Part shown: positions 26,050-34,300 of the stretch, piece after piece
How the letters are laid out: each line of letters starts with the position of its first letter
How positions within the stretch are numbered: position 1 is the first letter of the stretch
Sequence record: MF063068.1
DNA from: Pseudomonas phage Noxifer
DNA length: 40,000 bases
Reading direction: 5' to 3' (one strand)
The notes under the pieces: generated by a model
Told to the model about the DNA's origin: nothing
Databases searched by the model: none
What the model saw: the letters and a program-made list of their open reading frames with translations, nothing else
Made by a program: the position numbers and the translations under genes

Positions 26050-28188
26050 ATGCGTGAAATTGATGCTACCCTGCTGGGCCAGCTCGCTAACGATCCGTTT
26101 TACGGAACGGTGAGTGCTGCCCGTGGTGCGATGTACGCATCTCACCAGGGACAAGGTCCCATCATGGAAGAAAACGAGCCTCGGCGTACCATGTCCGGTA
26201 CCGAGCCTCATTATGCAAAGCATACTTTCGATATCCGCTTCCCGGTAGCGGCCACGATTCTGCACGTGGTTCGTAAATACCCACCGGGTCTCGGCATGGG
26301 CGGTGACAACATCCGTCACAACCCGATCACCACGATCATCTACGAGGACTATTACTGCCCGTTCAAAACCATCGGGGTTATCCAGGTACCAGACTTCAAC
26401 AGTCTGCACCAGGACTTTGGTTACAAGTACAAGCGCAACGAAAAGCTGTGGGACCGGATTGTACCCGGTGCTGAAATCGACGCTGACGAAGTGTTGTGTG
26501 CATCCACCGCAGTAAAAGGCAATGGTCTTTACGGTACAGGCATCTCCGCTGAAACCGTCTTTATGTCCGTGCCGGGGTCTATCGAGGACGGCTTCGACTT
26601 TAACGAAGAATTTCTTGAGCGCATGGCTCCAACTGTCTATGGCAAGTACATCGGCAGCTCGGGTCAGAAGTCGATCCTGCTGAACCTGTATGGCGATGAC
26701 AAGATCTACAAGCCGTATCCAGATATCGGTGACCGTGTACGGGCTGACGGCCTGATCATGGCGATGCGTGACATCGACGAGAACTTGGCACCGGCACAAA
26801 TGACCGCACGCGCACTGCGTGAAGTCGACCATGCATTCGACCGCCGTATCTACGGCAAGCCGGGTGCATTGGTTAAGAATGTCACGGTGTATCGTGACAG
26901 TCGGGTGTATCCAAGTAACGTGCCAATCGGCATGGACACACAGCTGAACAAGTATTACCAGGCCGGTTGCCGGTACTACCAACAGCTGATGACCATTTAC
27001 GATGGGCTGAAGAAGCGCCGTGGTAAATCCCTGCGCATCACCGAAGAACTCAACCAACTGCTGGTAGAAGCACAGATCTATCTGCCAACCCCGGACAACA
27101 TGCGTAAGCTGACCCGCATGTATCGTCTGGACATCCTTGACGAATACCGCGTTGAAGTTACCACCGAACACAAAATGATCCCAGACATGGGGTTCAAAGC
27201 CACCGACTGTGTAGGTGGTAAAGGGGTTGTGTGCCGTACACGCCCAGCGCATGAAATGCCACTGACCAAACACGGTGTGCGCGCTGACGTGGTGATCTAC
27301 GGTGGCTCGACAATCCGACGCTCTAACTTCGGGCGGTTCTACGAGCAGTTCTATAACGCGGCATCGCGTGACCTGCTGTTCCGTCTGCGTGAGCAATGCG
27401 GTTTCATGGCGCAAGTACGCCCAACCAAACATCAACTTCAAGAACTGGCTAAGAAGCCAGACCTCGTGCGTAGTGTGTTCGACCAACTGCGTTCTTACTT
27501 CTCGCTGTGGGCTCCAATCCATAACGAGCTGTTGGAACCTGACGTTGCTAACCCAACTGAATATGTCTTGGCCGTTCTGGAAGATGGTCAGCACAAGAAC
27601 CCTGGCATCACGGTAAACATCCCAGTCGATAACCCAGTGGACATCCTCGACACGGTTCGTAAGATCCAAGCGAGTGAGTTCGCTCCGCACTACGACACCG
27701 TTACGTACACGGACAACGCCGGCAACGTCGTTCCAACCGAGTGCAAAGTGTTGTGTGGTGCGCTCCAGATCTTCCTGCTGGAGAAGATCGGTGAAGACTG
27801 GTCAGGTGTGGCATCAGCGAAGACGCAGCAGTTTGGTCTGCCGGCGAAGATGGGTAGCGGTGACGCTAACCGTACGCCTGGTCGCGAGAACCCAATGCGT
27901 TCTGCTGGTGAATCGGAGACTCGTTCTTACGTAGCTACTATTGGTGCGTGGGCAACGAACGAACTGTTGGATCAGACCAATAACCCACAAGCTCACCGCG
28001 CGGTTATCCGATCCTTCTTGCAAGCCGATCAACCCACCAACATCGCTGTGGCAGTACCGCGGGACGAAATCCCGTACGGTGGCTCTCGCCCAGTGGCGTT
28101 GATGAACCACCTGCTCGAATGCCGTGGCGTTCGTTTCATCTATACACCAGATAGCGCGTCGGCGAATCTAGTCGGCGTATTACTTTAA
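26050..28188 (+). CDS. Non-virion RNAP beta C-terminal subunit (phiKZ gp71-73-like), uninterrupted
   Basis: beta-like motifs GFKATDCVGGKGVVCRT, RADVVIYGGSTIRRSNFGRFYEQ, IPYGGSRPVALMNHLL and QQFGLPAKMG. ATG 26050 preferred because the track ATG 26014 lies in the promoter-like element. Confidence 0.88.
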   Translation: MREIDATLLGQLANDPFYGTVSAARGAMYASHQGQGPIMEENEPRRTMSGTEPHYAKHTFDIRFPVAATILHVVRKYPPGLGMGGDNIRHNPITTIIYEDYYCPFKTIGVIQVPDFNSLHQDFGYKYKRNEKLWDRIVPGAEIDADEVLCASTAVKGNGLYGTGISAETVFMSVPGSIEDGFDFNEEFLERMAPTVYGKYIGSSGQKSILLNLYGDDKIYKPYPDIGDRVRADGLIMAMRDIDENLAPAQMTARALREVDHAFDRRIYGKPGALVKNVTVYRDSRVYPSNVPIGMDTQLNKYYQAGCRYYQQLMTIYDGLKKRRGKSLRITEELNQLLVEAQIYLPTPDNMRKLTRMYRLDILDEYRVEVTTEHKMIPDMGFKATDCVGGKGVVCRTRPAHEMPLTKHGVRADVVIYGGSTIRRSNFGRFYEQFYNAASRDLLFRLREQCGFMAQVRPTKHQLQELAKKPDLVRSVFDQLRSYFSLWAPIHNELLEPDVANPTEYVLAVLEDGQHKNPGITVNIPVDNPVDILDTVRKIQASEFAPHYDTVTYTDNAGNVVPTECKVLCGALQIFLLEKIGEDWSGVASAKTQQFGLPAKMGSGDANRTPGRENPMRSAGESETRSYVATIGAWATNELLDQTNNPQAHRAVIRSFLQADQPTNIAVAVPRDEIPYGGSRPVALMNHLLECRGVRFIYTPDSASANLVGVLL

Positions 28189-28205
28189 CTGGACGGAGTT
28201 AAGCC

Positions 28206-30182
28206 ATGGGTTGTTTTGTCGCACGGGATCTTCTGGCCATGCCGGAAGATGATCTTTGGCGTATCCCACACGACGAATACCATAAGCTGATCTGCGCAGA
28301 CGGTGAACTGGAGATTGTTGGGGCCGACCTCATCAACACAGTTTACCTCTGGTACCCGTTGATTGACTACCCGAACGCACCAATCGTTCGGGAGTACGTG
28401 CATGACTCCGAGATGGAGTTCAAAGGTAACTCAAACCTTAACATCCTGAACAAACTGCTTTGGGGTGTGCACAGTTATTTCAACGAGAATGTCGATCCGG
28501 AGATGTTGGCTCTGGCGGCAATGCGCACGATGAACCGTTGGTACAACGTCATCACAGTACGGTGCGCGTCTTCGGTGTCGACCATGTCGATCCTGGACGT
28601 GCTGGAGGTCATGGACCATCCAGAAATCAAACACGCAAACGCAACGGTGGAGCCCAATCGACATTCCATCGAGGAGGTCACGTACAAGACCATCGAACGG
28701 GTTCTGAAAGACCCGAACGAACTGCCACTCAACCCGATCGCCATGGGCATCCGTTGTGGAACCCAGAAGATCGACCAGGTTAAACAATGCTTCGGCCCAC
28801 GGGGTTATGTTACTGACATCAACTCCGACATCTTTGAGGAACCCATCCTCAAAGGTTACGTGGAAGGTATCTGGGACCTGTACGGTTCCATGATCGAATC
28901 CCGTTCGGGTACCAAGGCGCTGGCCTACAACAAAGAGCTGCTGCGTAACACTGAGTACTTCAACCGTAAGACCCAGCTCATTGCACAGTACGTGCGTGGC
29001 TTGGCACCGGGTGATTGTGGTACACCGCATTTCCAAGAAGTGCCGGTGATCAAAGTCCTGCTGAAACAAATGGCGGGCAAGTACTACCTGAACGAAACTA
29101 CCGGGCAGCTGGATTGGCTGCGTGGTAACGAGGAACATCTGATCGGTAAGACGATCAAGATGCGTGGCGTGATGACGTGTATCCATCCGGAAACGGGTGT
29201 GATCTGCTCGAAGTGCTACGGGCGTTTGTCGTACAGCATTCCTCGCGGTACCAACATCGGTCAGGTATCGGCGGTGCAAGTGGGTGACATGATCACCTCC
29301 AACGTACTGTCGACCAAACACACCGACGTAACGTCGCGTGTGGACCGTCTGCAACTGGCGAAGGTGGAAGGTGACTACCTGCGTTACGGCAAGCAGGAAG
29401 AGGCGCTGTATCTGCGTCAGGAACTGGCTGGTCGTAATGTGCGGTTGGTGATCGATCGCAGCGAAGCCGCTAACCTGGCTGACATCCTGATGCTTCGGGA
29501 TCTGTCGGGCTACCCAGTGACCAACGCCACAGAACTCTCGCAGGTCCACATCCAAGCGGAAACTGCTGAAGGTACTGTGTCGGACATCCTGACGGTATCG
29601 CTGTACAACCGTAAGTCCAGCTTGACGGTAGAAGCACTGGAGCACTTGCGTAAGAACAAGTGGGAGTACGATGCGCGTGGCAACATTATCATCGACCTCG
29701 CTAACTTCGATCTGAGCAAGCCGGTGTTGATCCTGCCGAACAAGCACGTCAACATGTACGAAGTGATGAAACGCATTCGTTCCTTCCTGCACTCGGGCAG
29801 TGACGACGGCGCTAAATCGACTCTCGATCCGCTGGAATACTCGGGCAAGATCTATCTGAAGAACTTCAAGGACCCGACCACTGGCCTGTTGGTTTTTGCA
29901 AACATGCTGAACGAGAAGTTGAAGATCAACATCGTTCACTGTGAGATTCTGGTATACGCTATGATGGTGCGCTCTGCCGTCAATCGCGATTACCGTCTGC
30001 CGAAACCTGGTATCAGTGGCGTATTCGAGAAGTACAACCGTCTGATGTTGAACCGCAGTCTATCGGGTGCGATGGCATTCGAGAAGCAGCATGAACCGTT
30101 CAACAATCCGGCGTGCTATCTGACGCTGGAGCGTGATGATCACCCGTATGACGCAGTGCTGCTGGGTGGCAAGATGAACTAA
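28206..30182 (+). CDS. Non-virion RNAP beta' C-terminal subunit (phiKZ gp74-like), 658 aa
   Basis: beta' C-terminal-like CIHPETGVICSKCYGRLSYSIPRGTNIGQVSAVQVGDMITSNVLSTKHT; immediately follows RNAP beta-C. Confidence 0.88.
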   Translation: MGCFVARDLLAMPEDDLWRIPHDEYHKLICADGELEIVGADLINTVYLWYPLIDYPNAPIVREYVHDSEMEFKGNSNLNILNKLLWGVHSYFNENVDPEMLALAAMRTMNRWYNVITVRCASSVSTMSILDVLEVMDHPEIKHANATVEPNRHSIEEVTYKTIERVLKDPNELPLNPIAMGIRCGTQKIDQVKQCFGPRGYVTDINSDIFEEPILKGYVEGIWDLYGSMIESRSGTKALAYNKELLRNTEYFNRKTQLIAQYVRGLAPGDCGTPHFQEVPVIKVLLKQMAGKYYLNETTGQLDWLRGNEEHLIGKTIKMRGVMTCIHPETGVICSKCYGRLSYSIPRGTNIGQVSAVQVGDMITSNVLSTKHTDVTSRVDRLQLAKVEGDYLRYGKQEEALYLRQELAGRNVRLVIDRSEAANLADILMLRDLSGYPVTNATELSQVHIQAETAEGTVSDILTVSLYNRKSSLTVEALEHLRKNKWEYDARGNIIIDLANFDLSKPVLILPNKHVNMYEVMKRIRSFLHSGSDDGAKSTLDPLEYSGKIYLKNFKDPTTGLLVFANMLNEKLKINIVHCEILVYAMMVRSAVNRDYRLPKPGISGVFEKYNRLMLNRSLSGAMAFEKQHEPFNNPACYLTLERDDHPYDAVLLGGKMN

Positions 30183-30194
30183 CTACCTATAGGC

Positions 30195-30252
30195 CCGTCC
30201 TTAGGTAGTTGCCTACGGACGGAGGTAGTGTGGGGGCTACGGCCCCCATGCC
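30195..30252 (+). terminator. Structured intergenic region: CCGTCC...GGACGG stem plus GGGGGC-TAC-GGCCCCC hairpin
   Basis: Two nested or tandem inverted repeats read directly. Confidence 0.5.
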
Positions 30253-30257
30253 TTTAC

Positions 30258-31772
30258 ATGTCAGTCAGCCTCAAGATCGAGAAGTACTCCCATGGCTGCC
30301 GCGTGACAGGGTTCGATGTGGATGCCCTCCACAAGACCACGCGGTTTCTGGAAACCCTTTCGCTAAAGGAACCCCAACGCGTACAAAACCGCATGCAGAT
30401 GGTGCTGAAGAAAAAGTACTACGGCATGACGGAGAACCGGCGTGAGCTGTTTATCCACCGCAACACGCTGACCGACTACGTTAACCACATGAGTGAGTCG
30501 GGCTACCCGACCGCCAAGATCGTCTACAACCAAATCCCCGTCCCAGAAGCAGCGAACGCTGACTATTTGATCGACGAGAAGTATCAACTTCGGGATTACC
30601 AAATTCCTATCGTTACCGAACTGGCTGACGATACCTACTCCCGCCGTCTGGATCTCCAGACAGGTAAGGGTAAGACGTTTACCACACTCGCCGCCTTAGC
30701 CCGAATGGCTGTGCGCGGTATTGTGATGATCCCACCGAAGTACTTCGGGATCTGGAAGACGGCCTTAGAAGAAACCTACAGCGACAGCGCCAAGTACCGG
30801 ATGTGTTCGGGCTCTGGAGAGCTCAAGCAGCTCATTATCGACGGATTGGATGGTAACATACACGAGGAGGTCGTTATCGTCTCCTGTGTGTCTTACAGGG
30901 GCTACATCGAGGCCTATGAGACCTACGGTGAGAACATCGAGGCTTCGGGCTACATGGTGCCTCCACCGCGCTTCCACGAAGCGATTGGTGCAGGTTGCCA
31001 GATCAACGATGAGTTCCAAGAAGACCCGGGGTTGTACTTCCGGATCGACGTGTACTCCAACGTCAAGAAAATGATCTACTTGTCTGCTACACCTTACACG
31101 GGGAACCCTTACGTTACCCGGATGATTGATGTGATGACGCCTGCCGAAACCCGGTGCACGTTGCCGGAGTGGGATCGTTACATTGACGTGGTGTGGATCT
31201 ACTACAGTGATCCAACGGTGCAAGCCAAGGATTACCTGACCCCGTTCAAGAACACGTACAACCATGCCCGTTACGAAACCAAGATGCTGGAGAAGAAGAA
31301 GCGTCTGGACTGCTATCAGGCATACGTGCGTCGGGCAGTAGAAGGACTGTTCGTCCGGGACATGCAACCGGGACAGAAAGCATTGATCTTGTGCTCGACC
31401 GTGAAGTTCATTCACGCCTTGACCAAGTACTTGCAGAAAGAGTTCCCTGATCTGTCCATCGGCTTCCACGTCGCAGGTTGCGACTACAAGAAGCTGGTGA
31501 CCTATGACATCATCGTCTCCACGCCAAAGTCGTGTGGTACCGGTGTTGACATTCCTAACCTGCGGGAAACCTTCTTGCTGGTGGCCACAGGTTCTGAGAA
31601 AGATGCTGTGCAGATCATGGGTCGTACCCGTCCGCTGAAGCTGTACCCAAACCACACCCCGCGCTTGAACGTGCTGGTGTGCAACAACATCCCACAACAC
31701 GGCCGCTATATGGCAGCCAACGAAGAAGTCTTTGCGAAGAAAGCGCGCTTCCAACGCAAGGCCCGATTGTAG
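30258..31772 (+). CDS. SF2 DNA/RNA helicase (UvsW-like)
   Basis: Walker A-like QTGKGKTFTTLAAL, DEFQ, motif III LSATPYTGN, motif VI QIMGRTRPL. ATG 30258 lies after the hairpins; track start 30228 lies within them. Confidence 0.85.
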   Translation: MSVSLKIEKYSHGCRVTGFDVDALHKTTRFLETLSLKEPQRVQNRMQMVLKKKYYGMTENRRELFIHRNTLTDYVNHMSESGYPTAKIVYNQIPVPEAANADYLIDEKYQLRDYQIPIVTELADDTYSRRLDLQTGKGKTFTTLAALARMAVRGIVMIPPKYFGIWKTALEETYSDSAKYRMCSGSGELKQLIIDGLDGNIHEEVVIVSCVSYRGYIEAYETYGENIEASGYMVPPPRFHEAIGAGCQINDEFQEDPGLYFRIDVYSNVKKMIYLSATPYTGNPYVTRMIDVMTPAETRCTLPEWDRYIDVVWIYYSDPTVQAKDYLTPFKNTYNHARYETKMLEKKKRLDCYQAYVRRAVEGLFVRDMQPGQKALILCSTVKFIHALTKYLQKEFPDLSIGFHVAGCDYKKLVTYDIIVSTPKSCGTGVDIPNLRETFLLVATGSEKDAVQIMGRTRPLKLYPNHTPRLNVLVCNNIPQHGRYMAANEEVFAKKARFQRKARL

Positions 31773-31782
31773 ACAAACGCAG

Positions 31783-31813
31783 AGCTCCCTGCTTCGGCAG
31801 GGAGGTTATGCCC
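31783..31813 (+). terminator. Hairpin CTCCCTGC-TTCG-GCAGGGAG-GTTATG
   Basis: Perfect 8-bp stem with UUCG loop. Confidence 0.8.
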
Positions 31814-31830
31814 GCCTCGGAGTTTAGTAG

Positions 31831-32436
31831 ATGGTTGAGAATTGGATTGAGAACACAGGACTGGCCTACTTCCGCTACTGGTACGCGGATGGGACTTTTG
31901 AACGCCGGATACTGATCGGCCCCTACTGTCTGCTCGACGGTGCGCGTGTAGGTGAACACATTCATACCACCGGCTTTCGTTTGTCGTTCTATGACCTGAT
32001 CACCATGACCGGTCCAATTCCGCAGGATGGGATTGAGGAACTCAAGGCGATTAAGTCGTATCCACTGCTGCGTCTGCTACTGGGTAAACATGTCACCTGT
32101 GAAGTGCCCGATGAAGACTCGGCGTACAACACCAAGATCGACGGCAAGTGGTACACCATCACCCGCCATCAACGCTGGACGTCCTACGCACACTTCAAAC
32201 GCTGGCTGAAGATCAAAGGGTCGTGGTTGCAATGCTACACGATCACCAGTGATGAAGATGACGACCTACCGCCTTACAGCTTTGCCCACCGTACGTGGGT
32301 AGGGCGCTCGCCATCTCCTGAAGAAGTACTCAAGCAAGCCAAAGAGCTTCAAGTACTCGCTCAGGAACTAGCCGACAGCCTACGCGGTATCGGCTACGAA
32401 GAACTACCCACTGAAGAAAAGAAGGATGCACCATGA
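31831..32436 (+). CDS. Hypothetical phage protein, 201 aa
   Basis: Complete ORF overlapping the next (ATGA). Confidence 0.75.
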   Translation: MVENWIENTGLAYFRYWYADGTFERRILIGPYCLLDGARVGEHIHTTGFRLSFYDLITMTGPIPQDGIEELKAIKSYPLLRLLLGKHVTCEVPDEDSAYNTKIDGKWYTITRHQRWTSYAHFKRWLKIKGSWLQCYTITSDEDDDLPPYSFAHRTWVGRSPSPEEVLKQAKELQVLAQELADSLRGIGYEELPTEEKKDAP

Positions 32437-32915
32437 ACCAGACCATCATTGATCAGTTGAATGACAGCCTCACCTCCGCGGGCAGTTTTACGGGCCACCA
32501 ATATGTTTTAGGGTTGCCCAAGAAACCCGATCCAGAAGCACTGGGTGAGTACTACTTCTACGTTGACCGTCGTGTTGACGCCACCACCCAGCCTTATGTG
32601 CGCGACACCTTCGGCGAGTGGATGAACTTCCTTGAGGTCACCCGCAAGCCTGAGATCAAGAACCCAGGCACCAAGTACGGCACTGACCCACTGGGCAGTC
32701 GTATCGCCACCGAGGCGCTGTTGTCGTTGATCTACGAACGTTCTGTGATCAATGACCGTGGTGTGTTGCGCGGAATCCTCAAGGTATTTGCTGGTCTCGG
32801 TTACGTCCCATTCGGCGTAGAGATCGCCGGGCGTGATGACCACCTGGAGGTTGGCATCAACCTTCGGGGTAACAACGATGTCTACCACATCGACCTGACC
32901 GTCAACACCAAGTAG
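32433..32915 (+). CDS. Hypothetical phage protein, possibly gp25/baseplate-wedge-like, 160 aa
   Basis: Complete ORF. The YERSVINDRGVLRGILKVFAGLGYVPFGVEIAGRDDHLEVGINLRG pattern is only loosely reminiscent of small baseplate proteins. Confidence 0.6.
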   Translation: MNQTIIDQLNDSLTSAGSFTGHQYVLGLPKKPDPEALGEYYFYVDRRVDATTQPYVRDTFGEWMNFLEVTRKPEIKNPGTKYGTDPLGSRIATEALLSLIYERSVINDRGVLRGILKVFAGLGYVPFGVEIAGRDDHLEVGINLRGNNDVYHIDLTVNTK

Positions 32916-32923
32916 GGGTCGGT

Positions 32924-33502
32924 ATGGAAATCAATCCAGCTCTCTTGGGTGCGACCAACATGATCCATGGTTGGCCGTACTCTGATGTAAAAGGTGGCGC
33001 TCGTGGCGCCATGTTCACTCAAAGCCAAAAGCAAAAGGAAACCGCTGTGTCCCAACCTCTCGTTAAACGTTTTCGCAACGACCGTATCTCCTTTCTGATC
33101 ACCCAAGGCCGCCTGCGTCTGGAATCGAACATCCAGAACTTCTACGAGATCATCGGTGGTGGTAGCGATCCGGAGAAGCTCGCTCGCGCTAAAGAAGTCT
33201 TCAAGCGTGAAGAGCAGCCGGATGGTTCGGTGGCGATGATCTGGGGCGACGGTATCGAGCGTCACACTGCGCACATCGGTCTGGACAGCTTCACCATCGT
33301 GACCAGCAATCTGGAAACCGGTGCAGAGACCCAGGTCACCGAGCACATGTACACCCACGAAGACCTGCGTATCGGCAAGAAGTTCGGCGACTACGTCATC
33401 GACGAATACACCGGCCAGATCGTACACCGCAAGAACCGTACCCGTGATCCGATCAAGCCGTTTGCTCTGAGCGACTTGTCCTGGGCACCTAAAAGCGTTT
33501 AA
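32924..33502 (+). CDS. Phage structural-like protein, 192 aa, ending IKPFALSDLSWAPKSV
   Basis: Complete ORF. Confidence 0.7.
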   Translation: MEINPALLGATNMIHGWPYSDVKGGARGAMFTQSQKQKETAVSQPLVKRFRNDRISFLITQGRLRLESNIQNFYEIIGGGSDPEKLARAKEVFKREEQPDGSVAMIWGDGIERHTAHIGLDSFTIVTSNLETGAETQVTEHMYTHEDLRIGKKFGDYVIDEYTGQIVHRKNRTRDPIKPFALSDLSWAPKSV

Positions 33503-33511
33503 GGAGCTGCC

Positions 33512-33637
33512 ATGAACTACCCATTCAAGCTTACCGATCAACATGGTGGCTGCGGTGTTGTCTGCAAGGTAACGCCACCGCGTACCATCAAGCCGTTCAA
33601 GCTGTCCGATATCCCGGGTGCACCTAAACGCACCTAA
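33512..33637 (+). CDS. Miniprotein, 41 aa (MNYPFKLTDQHGGCGVVCKVTPPRTIKPFKLSDIPGAPKRT)
   Basis: AAGGAG RBS 5 bases upstream of the ATG; C-terminus homologous to the C-terminus of the upstream protein. Below the track length cutoff. Confidence 0.65.
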   Translation: MNYPFKLTDQHGGCGVVCKVTPPRTIKPFKLSDIPGAPKRT

Positions 33638-33649
33638 GCCGTAAGGCGA

Positions 33650-33685
33650 CATAAAACCCCTCCCTTAACGGGGAGGGGCTTATGC
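33650..33685. terminator. Bidirectional terminator CATAAAA-CCCCTCCC-TTAAC-GGGGAGGGG-CTTATG
   Basis: Same design as 9591-9622, between convergent genes. Confidence 0.85.
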
Positions 33686-33703
33686 CGTTTTTCTTTTGTT
33701 CGT

Positions 33704-34300
33704 CTAGTGCTTATCGCCTTGCATTTGTTTGTCGAGTTCACGCTGTGCTTTATCAGCGGCGGTGTCTCTTTGTCGGATGGCGTCTTCTGCCATCTCGATA
33801 ACAAACATTGCATGAGGATAAGGGAGTTCGCAGAACACGTCCCAAGAGTAACCTTGTTCGTAGATGCGGTAAGTATGATAGCGACGGATCAAACTGAACA
33901 TCGGCCCACCTTCCCAACTGTTCTCCTTTGGATGGAGTGCCATGATGGCCAACGGTCGGTTAGGGTCTGGGTTATGGATGTGGTCGTAGATACCGTAATC
34001 GGTTTGATAGGCCATGAGGCTGAGCTGTGCCGCAGCCGTTGGTCTTACGGCCGGGGAGTCTCGCAGCATCTGGTCAATGATCCCATGACGCTGCGCTTGC
34101 TGTAGTCCGAACGTCTTAAACAGAACGTGCCCGTTAGGATCGTCGTCGTCAATAGACAAGCGACTGTAACGGGAGTCGTCGTTTACGACAGGATACGGTT
34201 GAGCTTCCGGCTTGCCAACATGAAAAACTCTGCCAATGGATCGACCGGTACGATGTTCTCGAATCGCTTCTTGAACTCGGTCGCCGCTGGGCTGTTGCAC
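33704..34300 (-). CDS. Hypothetical phage protein, up to 198 aa, start uncertain
   Basis: Open frame downstream of the 560-aa gene; the annotated ATG overlaps that gene by 118 bp, so a non-ATG start nearer 34190 is possible. Confidence 0.5.
   Translation of the reverse strand: MQQPSGDRVQEAIREHRTGRSIGRVFHVGKPEAQPYPVVNDDSRYSRLSIDDDDPNGHVLFKTFGLQQAQRHGIIDQMLRDSPAVRPTAAAQLSLMAYQTDYGIYDHIHNPDPNRPLAIMALHPKENSWEGGPMFSLIRRYHTYRIYEQGYSWDVFCELPYPHAMFVIEMAEDAIRQRDTAADKAQRELDKQMQGDKH

Noticed and set aside
25978-27690. N-terminal 571 codons of the 693-aa minus ORF
   Set aside because: Antisense to RNAP beta-C, which has clear catalytic and structural motifs; only the portion 25609-25977 was retained.
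28431-29939. 502-aa minus-strand ORF
   Set aside because: Antisense to RNAP beta'-C.
32433-32915. Firm baseplate wedge (gp25-like) assignment
   Set aside because: Only a vague pattern resemblance; kept as a low-confidence note on the CDS.
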